64,000 nt of DNA from Longimicrobiales bacterium (GCA_965238005.1 OZ250165.1:1568001-1632000), one strand, 5' to 3'; counted from the first letter of the stretch, positions 41,743-52,459 are shown. The notes: a model not told the origin generated them from the sequence alone. Numbers and translations: made by a program.

Positions 41743-43337
41743 TCGAGTTACTCATCGGGAAGCCGGAGGGCTCCCCGTTCGTAGACGCCTATCTGAGGGG
41801 TGATCCGGGCGTCGCTCCGTACTTCAGCGGCTCCTGGCTGGATCCCGAGGCGTACCGGGACATGCTCGAGGGCATCGATCGACGCTTCGACGCCGCTGCC
41901 CGGCGGCGGGCGCTAGAGGCCTTGAACACCCCGGGTGGGGTGGGGCAGGAGAGGCTCGATCGCTGGGTGGAGGGTTCCGGGCTCGTGGTCACCACAGGAC
42001 AACAGCCAGGGCTCATGGGAGGACCGCTGTACTCCCTCTACAAGGGGCTCACCACGGTTCGCCTGGCGGAGCGGCTCGAGGCGCTCCTCGACAGACCCGT
42101 CCTGCCCGTGTTCTGGGTGGCATCCGAAGACCACGATTGGGAGGAATCCGATCATGCCTACCTGATCGACGGGTCCAATCGACTGACCCGCGTGCAGGTG
42201 CCGGACCCGGGGCACGGCAACCGTGCCATTCACCGGGTTCCCCTCGACGGCGAAGTTGCAGGTATGGTTGCACAAATCGAGGAACTCGTTCCCAATACAG
42301 AGTTTAGCGGTTCATATATCGAGTTGATTCGAGATGCCTACGCGCCTGGGGTTACCCTGGCTGACGGATTTCGCACCGTGCTGTCCGCGCTTCTGGAGCC
42401 CCTGGGCGTGCTCTTCACGGACGCGGCGAATTCTGCTCTGAAGGCCTCCTCCAAAGAGATTCTCCTGGCCGAGCTGGACCGGGCAGAAGCGCACGAGGAG
42501 ATGCTTCGGGAGGACGCCGAGAAGCTCGAACGGGCCGGATACTCACTCCAGGTGCCCATTCTCGAGGGGGGCGTGAATCTCTTTCTGGAGGCTCCCGCGG
42601 GTCGCGAGCGATTGTACAGGCATCCCGACGGTTTCGAGCTGCATCGTTCCGGTGAGACGGTGACTGCGGACGGTATCCGCTCACGGGTCGAGGAGGATCC
42701 TCTGGTCTTGAGCCCCAACGTACTGCTCCGTCCCGTGGTGGAGAGCACGGTGTTTCCGGTCGTGAGCTATGTGGCCGGCCCCGGGGAGCTGGCCTATCAC
42801 GGCCAGATCAGGCGGCTTTACGAGGCGCACGGCCTCAGGATGCCGGTCATCTTCCCGCGACACGCCGTGACGGTCGTAGAGACGAAGATCCGGAAGGTCA
42901 TCGACAAGTTCGACCTGGAGCCCGAGGATCTCAGGCGCCCTCACCACGAGATCGCCTCCGAGATCGCCCATGAGGACGTCCCGGAGGCCGTTCGCCGGGC
43001 CCTGGGGCAGCTCAGGGGATCCATCGGGGAAGGGTCTCGAAGGCTCCTGGATTCCGCACGGGAGATCGACTCCACGCTCAAGGGGCCGGTGACCCACGCG
43101 CGCAACGCCGCGCTGGCCGCTTTTCAGGACCTGGAGCGCAAGATCGTACAGAGTGTGAAGCGCGAGAACGAGATCGCCCTGGCCCAGCTCGAAAAGGCGC
43201 ACCTGCACCTCTTTCCGGAAGGTAAGCCACAGGAGAGGGTCCTGAATCCGCTGTACTACCTGGCGCGGTATGGGAACCCGTTCATCGAGGCGCTAGTACA
43301 TGGATTCAAGGTGGATTTGACCGACGGGACGGAGTAG
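41739..43337 (+). CDS. bshC: Bacillithiol biosynthesis cysteine-adding enzyme
   Basis: TTGQQPGLMGGPLYSLYK, WVASEDHD, SPNVLLRP, YVAGPGELAY, PQERVLN. Confidence 0.92.
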   Translation: MIELLIGKPEGSPFVDAYLRGDPGVAPYFSGSWLDPEAYRDMLEGIDRRFDAAARRRALEALNTPGGVGQERLDRWVEGSGLVVTTGQQPGLMGGPLYSLYKGLTTVRLAERLEALLDRPVLPVFWVASEDHDWEESDHAYLIDGSNRLTRVQVPDPGHGNRAIHRVPLDGEVAGMVAQIEELVPNTEFSGSYIELIRDAYAPGVTLADGFRTVLSALLEPLGVLFTDAANSALKASSKEILLAELDRAEAHEEMLREDAEKLERAGYSLQVPILEGGVNLFLEAPAGRERLYRHPDGFELHRSGETVTADGIRSRVEEDPLVLSPNVLLRPVVESTVFPVVSYVAGPGELAYHGQIRRLYEAHGLRMPVIFPRHAVTVVETKIRKVIDKFDLEPEDLRRPHHEIASEIAHEDVPEAVRRALGQLRGSIGEGSRRLLDSAREIDSTLKGPVTHARNAALAAFQDLERKIVQSVKRENEIALAQLEKAHLHLFPEGKPQERVLNPLYYLARYGNPFIEALVHGFKVDLTDGTE

Positions 43338-43349
43338 CTTCAAAACATC

Positions 43350-43628
43350 ATGATTCCACTCATCTTCGTGCTCGTCCTGCTGATTCCGATTCTGGCCATC
43401 ATATTGGATTCGCCGGTGGGACGGGCTCTCGCGGGGCGGCTCGAGAGGCGCGGCTTGGGGTCCGGCAACGATAAGGTCACCGCGGAGCGTCTCTCCTCCC
43501 TCGAAGGGGAGTTCGAGCGGCTGACTTCCGAGGTGCGCCGCCTCGAGGAGGAGAGCCAGTTCCTGAACAAGCTCCTCACGGAGCGCCCGGCTTCGGAAGT
43601 GCTTCCGCCCGGTGATCGAGACGCGTAG
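43350..43628 (+). CDS. Small TM plus coiled-coil hypothetical protein
   Basis: Hydrophobic N-terminus, LDSPVGRALA, coiled-coil tail; operonic position. Confidence 0.7.
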   Translation: MIPLIFVLVLLIPILAIILDSPVGRALAGRLERRGLGSGNDKVTAERLSSLEGEFERLTSEVRRLEEESQFLNKLLTERPASEVLPPGDRDA

Positions 43629-45261
43629 CCCCGATCCCACAGTGGGCCGACGCTCCCGTGCCGCCTTCATGGTCGGCGCGGGCATTTTTTTCAGTCGGAT
43701 CAGCGGCTTCGTGCGCGATGTGGTCTTCGCATACTTCTTCGGAAACACGGGACTGGCCGATGTCTGGCGCGTATCGCTAAAGACCCCGAACGTCATCCAG
43801 AACCTGCTGGGAGAGGGGACGCTGAGCGCCTCGGTCATCCCGGTCTACGCAGAGTTCCTGGAGGAGGGCAGGAAAGAAGACGCAGGCCGGTTCGCCGGGG
43901 CGGTCCTCGGCATCCTGATGGTCGTGGCCGGCGGGGCGGCGCTCATCGGTGTCCTCCTGGCGCCTACCCTGGTGCCCGTCTTCTTCTTCCGGTGGGACCC
44001 CCAGAAGCTCGCACTCACCACGGTCATGGTTCAGATCCTCTTTCCCATGACAGCGGTTCTCGTGGTCTCGGCCTGGGCGCTGGCGATCCTCAACAGCCAC
44101 CGCCGGTTCTTCGTCTCCTATGTGGCGCCCGTGGCCTGGAATGGCGCCATTCTCCTCACCATGGTCGGGTTGGGCTTCGGGGTGGGCTGGACGGGCTCCG
44201 CGCTCCTCTTGGCGGTGGCGGGGGGCGCCTTCGGCGGCGGGGTGCTCCAGTTGGTGGTGCAGCTCCCCTACGTCGTGCCGCTCTTGGAGCACTTCCGCCT
44301 CTCCGTGAGCCGGACCGCATCGGGAGTGAAGGAGGCCATCCGCAACTTCATCCCGGTGGTGGCGGCGCGTGGCGTCGTGAACATCGGCAGCCTTCTCGAC
44401 GTGTTCCTCGCTGCGCTCCTCGTCGAGGGAGCGGTGGCGGCGCTGGGTTACGCCCAGACCCTCTACATCCTACCGATCTCCCTGTTCGGGATGTCGATCG
44501 CGGCGTCGGAGCTGCCTGAGCTTTCCCGGCAGCGAACGCGACCGGCCGAGGAGTTGGCGGCTCAGGTCTCCAGCGCCCTCGAGCGCATCCATTTCCTCTT
44601 GATTCCGTCGACCATCGCGTTCGTCCTCCTGGGAGATCTGTTCATCGGCGGCATCTACCAGCGGGGAAGCTTCCTCGCCACGGACATACCCGTGGTCCAC
44701 GCCGTATTGGCCGCGTATGCGCTGGGGCTTCTGGCGTCATCGGGCTCCCGGGTGCTCTCTACCGCGTTCTACGCGCTTCGCGATACTCGGACGCCCGCGC
44801 GGATGGCCTATCTGAGAGTGGCCGTGTCTCTGGCCATAGGGGTGTCCCTGATGTTCCCCCTCGACCGGTTCAGCTCCGGAGGCCTCCGCTTCGGGGCCGT
44901 GGGCCTGGCCCTGGGTGCCTCCATCGCCGCCTGGCTCGAGTACGTGATGCTCCGCGGTCGGCTCGTTCGAGCCCTCGGCTCCCACGGGCCCAGGTCCGAC
45001 GTGCGGTCTCGCCTCCTCGCGGCGGGTGCTATCGCAGCGCTGGCCGCCGTGGCGGCCAAGTGGGCGTTGGGCTCCACCGTGCCCCGCCGGGACGGTCTAC
45101 TCACGGGGCTGATGGCCGATTCCGCTCCCTGGCTCCTCCAGCCGGCTCTTGCGGTGGGAACGGCCCTGATATTCGGTGTAGTATACCTCGTCACGAGCGC
45201 TCGGCTCGGCGTTGGCGTCCCCCTGCGGCATCTGCTCCGGGGCGGCGCAAATACCCAGTGA
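43612..45261 (+). CDS. murJ: Lipid II flippase MurJ
   Basis: SRISGFVRD, PNVIQNLLGEGTLSASVIPV, FYALRDTRTP. Confidence 0.93.
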   Translation: MIETRSPDPTVGRRSRAAFMVGAGIFFSRISGFVRDVVFAYFFGNTGLADVWRVSLKTPNVIQNLLGEGTLSASVIPVYAEFLEEGRKEDAGRFAGAVLGILMVVAGGAALIGVLLAPTLVPVFFFRWDPQKLALTTVMVQILFPMTAVLVVSAWALAILNSHRRFFVSYVAPVAWNGAILLTMVGLGFGVGWTGSALLLAVAGGAFGGGVLQLVVQLPYVVPLLEHFRLSVSRTASGVKEAIRNFIPVVAARGVVNIGSLLDVFLAALLVEGAVAALGYAQTLYILPISLFGMSIAASELPELSRQRTRPAEELAAQVSSALERIHFLLIPSTIAFVLLGDLFIGGIYQRGSFLATDIPVVHAVLAAYALGLLASSGSRVLSTAFYALRDTRTPARMAYLRVAVSLAIGVSLMFPLDRFSSGGLRFGAVGLALGASIAAWLEYVMLRGRLVRALGSHGPRSDVRSRLLAAGAIAALAAVAAKWALGSTVPRRDGLLTGLMADSAPWLLQPALAVGTALIFGVVYLVTSARLGVGVPLRHLLRGGANTQ

Positions 45262-45283
45262 ATCCGCTTTTCTTCCTCGTCCG

Positions 45284-47101
45284 ATGATTCAGGATCAACT
45301 CCGAGGGCTTCCGTCGCGTCCCGGCGTCTACCTCTTCAGGGACGCAGCGGGCGACATCCTCTACGTCGGCAAAGCGAAGTCCCTCAGACCACGCGTCAGG
45401 AGCTACTTCCGCGGCTCTGGCCAACCCTTGAAGACAGAGGAGCTGGTCCGGCACGTCCAGGGCGTCGAGACGATCGTCGTGGGGTCGGAGGCCGAGGCCC
45501 TCATCCTCGAGGCCAACCTCATCAAGGAGCACCGGCCCCGCTTCAACATCCAGCTCCGTGACGACAAGCGGTATCCGTATATCAAGGTGACGACAACGGA
45601 GCCCTTTCCGCGGGTCTTCGTGACGCGAACCCTGAACGACGACGGGTCGCGTTACTTCGGACCGTATACGTCGGTGGGATCCATGCGCGAGGCCCTGGAG
45701 ATCATCAAGCGGCTCTACACGGTCCGTTCCTGCCGTTATGACCTCCCCCGGGAGGCGCCGGAGCGCCCCTGTCTGGACTACCACATCGGACGCTGCCTGG
45801 CTCCCTGTGTAGGCTACCAGGACCAGGCTTCGTACGGGGCGATGATCGACGAGATCCTGAAGGTGCTGGACGGAGAGACAGAGGAGGTGCGACAGCGCGT
45901 GGAGAAGCGGATGCGCGACGCCTCCGTGGAGCTGGATTTCGAGCGTGCCGCCCGCCTTCGGGATGTCCTCGCGGCCCTCGACGCCCTCGCCCGTCAGCAG
46001 AGGGTCGAGAAGCTGAGAGGCGGTGACTACGACGTGGTAGGCCTCGCCAGAGACGGAGAGCTGGCCGCCGCCGTGGTGATGCGCATTCGACGGGGCGTGC
46101 TCCTGGGCCGCGACACGCTGCGATTCTCGGACGTAGGCGAGGAGAGCGACGCCTCACTTCTCACGACCTTCGCTTCGCGACACTACCTGAGCCGGGGCAC
46201 CGGCGGCGGTCGGAATCTCCCGAAGGAAGTTCTGGTCCCCACCGAATTCGAGGACATGGACCTCCTCGAGGAGATCCTCCTCGACGAGGCGGGGCGCAAG
46301 GTAGGCATCTACGTTCCCAAGAGGGGGGCGAAGAAGCGCCTCTCGGAGCTCGCAGGCGACAACGCTCGTCACGCCCTGGAGGATCGCCTGACGGCCACCG
46401 AGCGGGTGCAGGATCGGGCCGAGGAGGTGCTCTACGACCTCCGCGATCGCCTGGACCTGAAGGTCGTACCCCGCCTGATGGTGTGCTTCGACATCAGCCA
46501 CACCCAGGGGACCGAGACCGTGGGGAGCGCCGCCGTGTTCGAGAACGCCGAGCCCAAGAAGGCCGAGTATCGGCACATGCGTATCAAGGGCGATTGGGGC
46601 AACGACGACTACCGGTCCATGGCCGAGGTGGTCAGTCGGTACTTCCACCGCCGGCTCGAAGAGGAGCGGCCGCTTCCGGATCTGGTTCTCATCGACGGAG
46701 GGAAGGGCCAACTGGGGGCCGCGCAGAACGCACTGACCGAGCTGGGCGTTACGGATGTCGCACTGGCGTCCCTGGCCAAGCGGGAAGAGCTCGTCTACCG
46801 CCCCGGGAGACGAGAGCCCTTCCGCCTCGGGCGGCGGAACAAGGCGTTACATGTTCTCCAGAGGATTCGGGATGAAGCTCACCGGTTCGCCGTGACCTAC
46901 AATCGGAAGCTCCGGCGGAAGAGAACCGTGCGGAGTGATCTCTCTGAGATTCCCGGCATCGGTCCCGAGAGGCAGAAGCTCCTGCTCATGCGATTCGGGT
47001 CGGTTCGAGGGGTCAAGTCGGCCAGCGCCGAAGAAATCGCTAGGCTCCCGGGCTTCAGTGGGACCCTGGCGGCGCGAGTTCTCACCTACCTGGGACAATA
47101 G
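45284..47101 (+). CDS. uvrC: Excinuclease ABC subunit C
   Basis: PGVY..YVGKAKSLRPRV GIY-YIG, FDISH, DGGKGQ, RDEAHRFA, HhH. Confidence 0.96.
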   Translation: MIQDQLRGLPSRPGVYLFRDAAGDILYVGKAKSLRPRVRSYFRGSGQPLKTEELVRHVQGVETIVVGSEAEALILEANLIKEHRPRFNIQLRDDKRYPYIKVTTTEPFPRVFVTRTLNDDGSRYFGPYTSVGSMREALEIIKRLYTVRSCRYDLPREAPERPCLDYHIGRCLAPCVGYQDQASYGAMIDEILKVLDGETEEVRQRVEKRMRDASVELDFERAARLRDVLAALDALARQQRVEKLRGGDYDVVGLARDGELAAAVVMRIRRGVLLGRDTLRFSDVGEESDASLLTTFASRHYLSRGTGGGRNLPKEVLVPTEFEDMDLLEEILLDEAGRKVGIYVPKRGAKKRLSELAGDNARHALEDRLTATERVQDRAEEVLYDLRDRLDLKVVPRLMVCFDISHTQGTETVGSAAVFENAEPKKAEYRHMRIKGDWGNDDYRSMAEVVSRYFHRRLEEERPLPDLVLIDGGKGQLGAAQNALTELGVTDVALASLAKREELVYRPGRREPFRLGRRNKALHVLQRIRDEAHRFAVTYNRKLRRKRTVRSDLSEIPGIGPERQKLLLMRFGSVRGVKSASAEEIARLPGFSGTLAARVLTYLGQ

Positions 47102-47300
47102 CCGGCAGCACTCAGGACCGGAGGTCGAGCCCTGTCGCGCGACAAAGCGACTCGTGTGATGAAACACGGCGAGAGTTTTGCAGTATATTTTATCGGGCGC
47201 CGTGATCGGCGGATTGCCGCCCCTTGGCGGTAGTTCTAAATTACGCGGTAGTCCTAAAGTACATGGTCTAGACACACTGGTCTTATAGGAGGGTTATCCG

Positions 47301-48674
47301 ATGTACCTCCGTGCGGGGCTTTTCCTATTTGCTATCGCCGCCATACTGGCGCCTTCCCAAGCTTCGACCCAGGACAAGCCTCGTATGACGAGCGAAAACC
47401 TGATCGTCGGCCTCATGTTACAGCGGGCGGCCGATGAGGAGGACGAGGTGGCTGCCGCCGAGTTGTACCGAGAGGCCGTCGAGGCCAGCTACGACGCTAT
47501 CGAGGCATACCCGCACAATGCCACGGGGTATCTGCACCTGGGCGCAGCCAGGTTGGGGTTGGGCGAGTATCTGGCCGCCGACAGCGCCTTCAACACGGCC
47601 GAGGCCATCTATCCCTTTTACATCGACGATGAAGATGGGACGGGCCCCTTCCGCGAGAACGCGTGGGCCGATGCCTATAACGAGGGCATCGCGGCGCAAA
47701 GGGCGGGGGACAACGAGAACGCCCTGACGCACCTCGCCAGGGCCAACCAGATCTTCGACGGGCGTCCGGAGGCGTATCTCAACCTCGGGGCCACCTACGC
47801 GAACACGGGCCAGCTGGACGCCAGCATCGAGGCCTGGAAGAGTGCGATCGAGGTCATCAACTCACCGGACTCCAAGCCAAGGAACGAACAAGAGCGGCTG
47901 CAGTGGGTCAGCCAGTACGGGCCCATGGCCCTCGAAAACCTGACCCAGGTCCTGTACCGGGCCGATCGAGCTGAGGAGGCCGTGGCCATCTACGAGAAGA
48001 TCCTCGCGGACGATCCCGACAACGGCCCGGCACGGACCGGCCTTGCGATCGCCCTCGCACAGTCGGGCCAAGCGGAAGGTGCCTTGAGCATCTACGACGA
48101 GATCCTGGAGCGCGATGACGCCTCGGCGCGGGACTACTACACCGCCGGGGTGACGCTCTACACTGCCGAGGCTTACGACCGCGCCGCGACCGCGTTCGAG
48201 AAGGTGCTCGAGCGGGCACCCATGCACCGCGACGCCCTCCAGAACCTGGTGCAGGCCCTGGCGCTGGAGGAGAACTACGAAGCTCAGCTCCCCTACTCCG
48301 AGAAGCTCCTGGAGATGGACGGAAAGAACTACTTTGCCCATCAGGTGCACCTCAGGGCTCTCTCCCTGCTGGGGCGCACCGAGGACCTCGGCCCCATGGT
48401 GGCAGCGATGACGGCGCTCACGTTTCTCGTGGACAACCTCCAGCTCCAGCCGACGAGTAGGGGAGCCCGCGTCACGGGTTCCGTGACCAACAAGCTGCTC
48501 GAGGAAGGTGCCTCGGTTACTCTCCGTTTCCACTTCTACGACGACGGGGGGAATGAGCTCGGGACTCAGGACGTGTCCGTGCTCGTGCCGCCCGTGGACG
48601 GGGCTCAGCAGTTCCAGGGTTCCTTCAACGCCGAGACCGATGTGATGGGGTACAGCTACGAGGTCATCAGCTAG
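47301..48674 (+). CDS. Exported TPR-repeat protein with C-terminal FxLYD-like domain
   Basis: AGGAGG RBS, signal peptide, multiple TPR helices, VTGSVTN..FHFYDDGG. Confidence 0.82.
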   Translation: MYLRAGLFLFAIAAILAPSQASTQDKPRMTSENLIVGLMLQRAADEEDEVAAAELYREAVEASYDAIEAYPHNATGYLHLGAARLGLGEYLAADSAFNTAEAIYPFYIDDEDGTGPFRENAWADAYNEGIAAQRAGDNENALTHLARANQIFDGRPEAYLNLGATYANTGQLDASIEAWKSAIEVINSPDSKPRNEQERLQWVSQYGPMALENLTQVLYRADRAEEAVAIYEKILADDPDNGPARTGLAIALAQSGQAEGALSIYDEILERDDASARDYYTAGVTLYTAEAYDRAATAFEKVLERAPMHRDALQNLVQALALEENYEAQLPYSEKLLEMDGKNYFAHQVHLRALSLLGRTEDLGPMVAAMTALTFLVDNLQLQPTSRGARVTGSVTNKLLEEGASVTLRFHFYDDGGNELGTQDVSVLVPPVDGAQQFQGSFNAETDVMGYSYEVIS

Positions 48675-48801
48675 TGTCCCGTTGCCAAAGTGTCTCGGCC
48701 AGTCGAGGGCACGGTGCATCCGACCCTCTTGGTGGCTCGCGAACTTCGGCAACGGAACACTAGGAGTATCTGTCCGAGGAGACGGCCGACGAAGAAAGCG
48801 A

Positions 48802-48838
48802 AAGACCGGGCGTCCCAAGCGGGCGCCCGGTCTTTTTT
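48802..48838 (+). terminator. Intrinsic terminator
   Basis: AAGACCGGGCGTCC/GGGCGCCCGGTCTT hairpin followed by a T run. Confidence 0.8.
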
Positions 48839-48871
48839 CGCCCCTACGGCCCGTTTAGATTAACGCCCGTC

Positions 48872-48944
48872 GCGGGCGTAGCTCAGTTGGTAGAGCATCA
48901 GCTTCCCAAGCTGAGGGTCGCCGGTTCGAGTCCGGTCGCCCGCT
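48872..48944 (+). tRNA. tRNA-Gly(CCC)
   Basis: GCGGGCG/CGCCCGC acceptor stem, TCAGC-TTCCCAA-GCTGA anticodon arm, GTTCGAGTC. Confidence 0.96.
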
Positions 48945-49038
48945 TTCAGGAAACACCAAGCGCCGCAAGGCTTTCCGGCCCTGCGGCGCTTCTCTTTTCC
49001 GGTGTCCGTGTCAGCGTGGTAACGCTGGTGGTAACAAA

Positions 49039-49527
49039 TCAGAGGGCTGCGGTGGCTGCTAGGAACCGCGCCAGCGCCCGGGGTACGTCCGCTCCCTCGA
49101 GACGGAGTTGGTCTGGAACGCGCGCTACGGCGTCCTTGATCATCGGCACCAGCGCTTTCTCACACCCTCGATCCTCCCACTCGTCGAGCTCGCCATGATC
49201 CGAGCGCTCTCCCCCGAGGTGTGACGCAAGTTGCGTCGCCTGATTCCACCAGTCCTCCTCCTCCTCTGTCCAGTTGCCTCGATATGGGTTCGGATCTACC
49301 AACTCTCCGTACTTGATGTCCTTCGCTGCCTTCCCGCCTCCACCGTGGGGAGAGCGCTCGTGAAAGAACTCCAAGAGGTTACGAACGTGTGTGGCATAGG
49401 TGGTCCTCATCGAATGCCAGATGATGGGGAGGTACTCGCACGAGGGGTTCTTCATCTCCACATGCAGTTCCAGGAATCGCGCCATCTCGTGGGCGGCGTG
49501 GCGCGCCCTCGTGCCGTCCTCCATCAT
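49039..49527 (-). CDS. Hypothetical protein coupled to the integrase remnant
   Basis: ATG overlaps the integrase stop, CAGGAGG upstream; HVRNLLEFF motif. Confidence 0.6.
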   Translation of the reverse strand: MMEDGTRARHAAHEMARFLELHVEMKNPSCEYLPIIWHSMRTTYATHVRNLLEFFHERSPHGGGGKAAKDIKYGELVDPNPYRGNWTEEEEDWWNQATQLASHLGGERSDHGELDEWEDRGCEKALVPMIKDAVARVPDQLRLEGADVPRALARFLAATAAL

Positions 49528-49835
49528 GTCGCCTCCTGAAGAGCGCGAATCCGGTCCCCTAGCTTCTTCTCGTACTCCTGTACGAGGAACTCCACGACCT
49601 CCTTCCCGCCGACCTCCGCCCGGTCGTGGAGATGGCCATACCTGTCCTCGATCATGTTCAGTGACCGGTGGCCGAGCTCACGCGCCACCGTGTAGAGCGC
49701 CACGGGCCGACCCCGGTCCAGCGTCTGGATCCTGGCCGCCGTGTAGGTGTGCCGAAGCTGGTGTAGGCGCACGTCCCCATTATTGAAACCGGCCCGCGTG
49801 ACGATGTGGTCGATGGGCGCTAAAGCCTTCCTTAC
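49524..49835 (-). pseudogene. Tyrosine recombinase/integrase C-terminal remnant
   Basis: LHQLRHTY (HxxR), ARELGH, DRYGH (catalytic Tyr); N-terminal portion absent. Confidence 0.85.
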
Positions 49836-50045
49836 GCGCACAGTCGGCCCGAAGTGGATCGTACTGCCCGCCGCCCTCGCCGTAGCAATGTCTTGCAATG
49901 GTGGAGATGGCAGTGGCAGGACGTTCCTGCAATCTTGTGACTGACTTCAGATGAATCGAGGGCAACGGTCGGTGGCACGATTCCTGAGCACCGCCAACCG
50001 CCGGCCAGAGAAGGTTGACATAGGCCTTCGGACCCGCTGGACCAA

Positions 50046-50126
50046 CGTCACCTGGATCTCAGCCAGGAACCGCTCGGCACCTACAACGGCGGCCAGTTCA
50101 GGCTTGAGGACCTTGAGCGCGACATT
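50046..50126 (-). pseudogene. Ser/Thr protein kinase N-lobe fragment
   Basis: Reads NVALKVLKPELAAVVGAERFLAEIQVT (VAxK motif and helix-C Glu). Confidence 0.75.
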
Positions 50127-50457
50127 GGCGCAAGCAGAACCCGGCCTGCAATGACGTTCTGAGCGTCTTCGGGATTTATTCGGTATCCTGGGTAGGCTGG
50201 AGCGTTCTCGTGGCTTAGGGGGCCGTTATCGGCTTGCTCGCCCCAGAGGAGGTTCATGCAACAATATTCTACAAGCTAGGTGATCCTGGGCAGAACACCG
50301 TCGATATGGAGGCTGACTTGCTGCCGACCTCTGTCGCCTGGCATACTCGGACGTAAGCGACCGTACCTCAACGGTGAAGCACGCGAGGTCGTAAAGCGTT
50401 CTTTCAGCCGTTCGGGATGTCGGCTGACTCGGTTCTCTGAATGGAGGGGCATCGATC

Positions 50458-50748
50458 ATGTTCGTCGTGCAAGACACTTTCAAGACCAAGCCCGGAAAGG
50501 CCAACGCGCTCGTAGAGGTGTTTACCGCAGCGGCTCCACACCTCGCTGCCGATGGAGTCCACGCGCATCGAGTACTCGTCGATCACGTCGCGGACTACTG
50601 GACTGTGATCTTCGAGTCCACAGTCGAGGATCTCGACACGTACTTCGCGTTCACAGAGAACCAAGCAGCGCGCGAGGCCATGGCGGGGTATATGGACCTT
50701 GTCGTGAGCGGTAGTCGTCGCATCTACCGGATAGCGTACGAGGGTTGA
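50458..50748 (+). CDS. Small NIPSNAP/dimeric alpha-beta barrel-like protein
   Basis: GGAGG RBS, F..KPGKA..., YMDLVVSGSRRIY. Confidence 0.7.
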   Translation: MFVVQDTFKTKPGKANALVEVFTAAAPHLAADGVHAHRVLVDHVADYWTVIFESTVEDLDTYFAFTENQAAREAMAGYMDLVVSGSRRIYRIAYEG

Positions 50749-50854
50749 GTCTCGCAGTGCTTGGACGTTCTGCCTAACACAACTTGAAAGCACGCCCCCT
50801 GTGGGTACCGTGGAGTTGCGAAACAACCATGGACCACAGCAGAGGGCGGCTCTC

Positions 50855-52459
50855 ATGAAGCGGAACACCAAGTATGTGGGGCTCGACGTGCACCAGGCAA
50901 TGACGGTGGCGACGGTTCGGAGCGAAGGGGGGCGTGTGATCGCGCGCAGCGTGGTGGAGACGAGCGACGAATCGATAAGGGAGTTCTTCAGCGCGATGGC
51001 TGGGTCGGTGCACGTGGTGTTCGAGGAGGGAACACAGGCGCAGTGGCTCTACGACCTACTGAGTCCTCGTGTAGACCGGGTGATCGTGTGCGACCGCAGA
51101 GGCGAGAAGCGATCGGGCAACAAGGGGGACCAGGTCAATGCCGACGAACTGTCGGAGCAGTTGCGGTGCGGCAGCCTGCGAGCGGTATACCACGGCGCAC
51201 ACGGCCGGGCCGATCTCAAGGAGCTGACTCGAGCCTATCGCAACCTCGTCGAGGACGGCACGCGCGTGATGCTGCGGCTCAAGGCACTCTTCCGTGCGCG
51301 GGCCATCCGAACCACGGGCGGCGGTGTCTACCAGCCGAAGGGGCGCGCCGCCTGGGTCGCACAGCTACCCGAGCACGGTGCTCGGCTACGTGCCGAGACC
51401 CTGTACGCTCAGCTCGATGTGCTTCGGACTCAGCGCAAGAAGACCAAGGCGGCCATGGTCGCTGAAGCGAAGCGCGATCCGGCCTTTGGGGTGCTCGAGA
51501 CGATCCCCTACTGCGGGCCCGTGCGTATCGCGCTGTTGTTGGCAACCATTGGTACGCCTTGGCGCTTCCGCACGAAGCGCAACCTGTGGGCCTATGCCGG
51601 ACTCGCCGTGGTCACCCGCTCGAGCGCCGACTACGAGTTGTTTGATGGGCGCCCTCGTCGTCGTCGTCGCCCGCCGCTCACGCGAGGGTTGAACCCCAAC
51701 CACAATCGCGTACTCAAGAATGTCTTTAAGGGCGCCGCCAACGTAGCCATCGGACGTCGGGGCCCTCTACAAGATTTCTAACTCGCCGTGGTCACCCGCT
51801 CGAGCGCCGACTACGAGTTGTTTGATGGGCGCCCTCGTCGTCGTCGTCGCCCGCCGCTCACGCGAGGGTTGAACCCCAACCACAATCGCGTACTCAAGAA
51901 TGTCTTTAAGGGCGCCGCCAACGTAGCCATCGGACGTCGGGGCCCTCTACAAGATTTCTAACTCGCCGTGGTCACCCGCTCGAGCGCCGACTACGAGTTG
52001 TTTGATGGGCGCCCTCGTCGTCGTCGTCGCCCGCCGCTCACGCGAGGGTTGAACCCCAACCACAATCGCGTACTCAAGAATGTCTTTAAGGGCGCCGCCA
52101 ACGTAGCCATCGGACGTCGGGGCCCTCTACAAGATTTCTAACTCGCCGTGGTCACCCGCTCGAGCGCCGACTACGAGTTGTTTGATGGGCGCCCTCGTCG
52201 TCGTCGTCGCCCGCCGCTCACGCGAGGGTTGAACCCCAACCACAATCGCGTACTCAAGAATGTCTTTAAGGGCGCCGCCAACGTAGCCATCGGACGTCGG
52301 GGCCCTCTACAAGATTTCTATCACCGAATGATCGAGCGCGGGATGCGCGAGGAGCTCGCCCGTGTGACGCTGGCGCGTAAGCTCGCCGCGCTCACCCTTC
52401 GTCTACTCAAAACCGGAGAAGTCTTTGATCCGACCCAGCTGAGTCGACCCCAAATATAG
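50855..52459 (+). pseudogene. IS110-family transposase/recombinase interrupted by a tandem duplication
   Basis: YVGLDVH, VVFEE, KGDQVNA (RuvC-like), YAGLAVVTRSS, LARKL; TAA at repeat junctions; one repeat copy gives a 354-aa ORF. Confidence 0.9.
51601..52320 (+). repeat. Perfect 4 x 180-bp tandem repeat
   Basis: Units 51601-51780, 51781-51960, 51961-52140 and 52141-52320 are identical. Confidence 0.98.

Noticed and set aside
50772..50790. GCCTAAC left of the IS110 as an integron attC site
   Set aside because: No matching GTTRRRY or attC stem after removing the IS in silico, and no integron integrase
51601..52320. 180-bp repeats as a CRISPR-like or non-coding RNA array
   Set aside because: Units are contiguous with no spacers, are transposase coding sequence, and no cas genes are present
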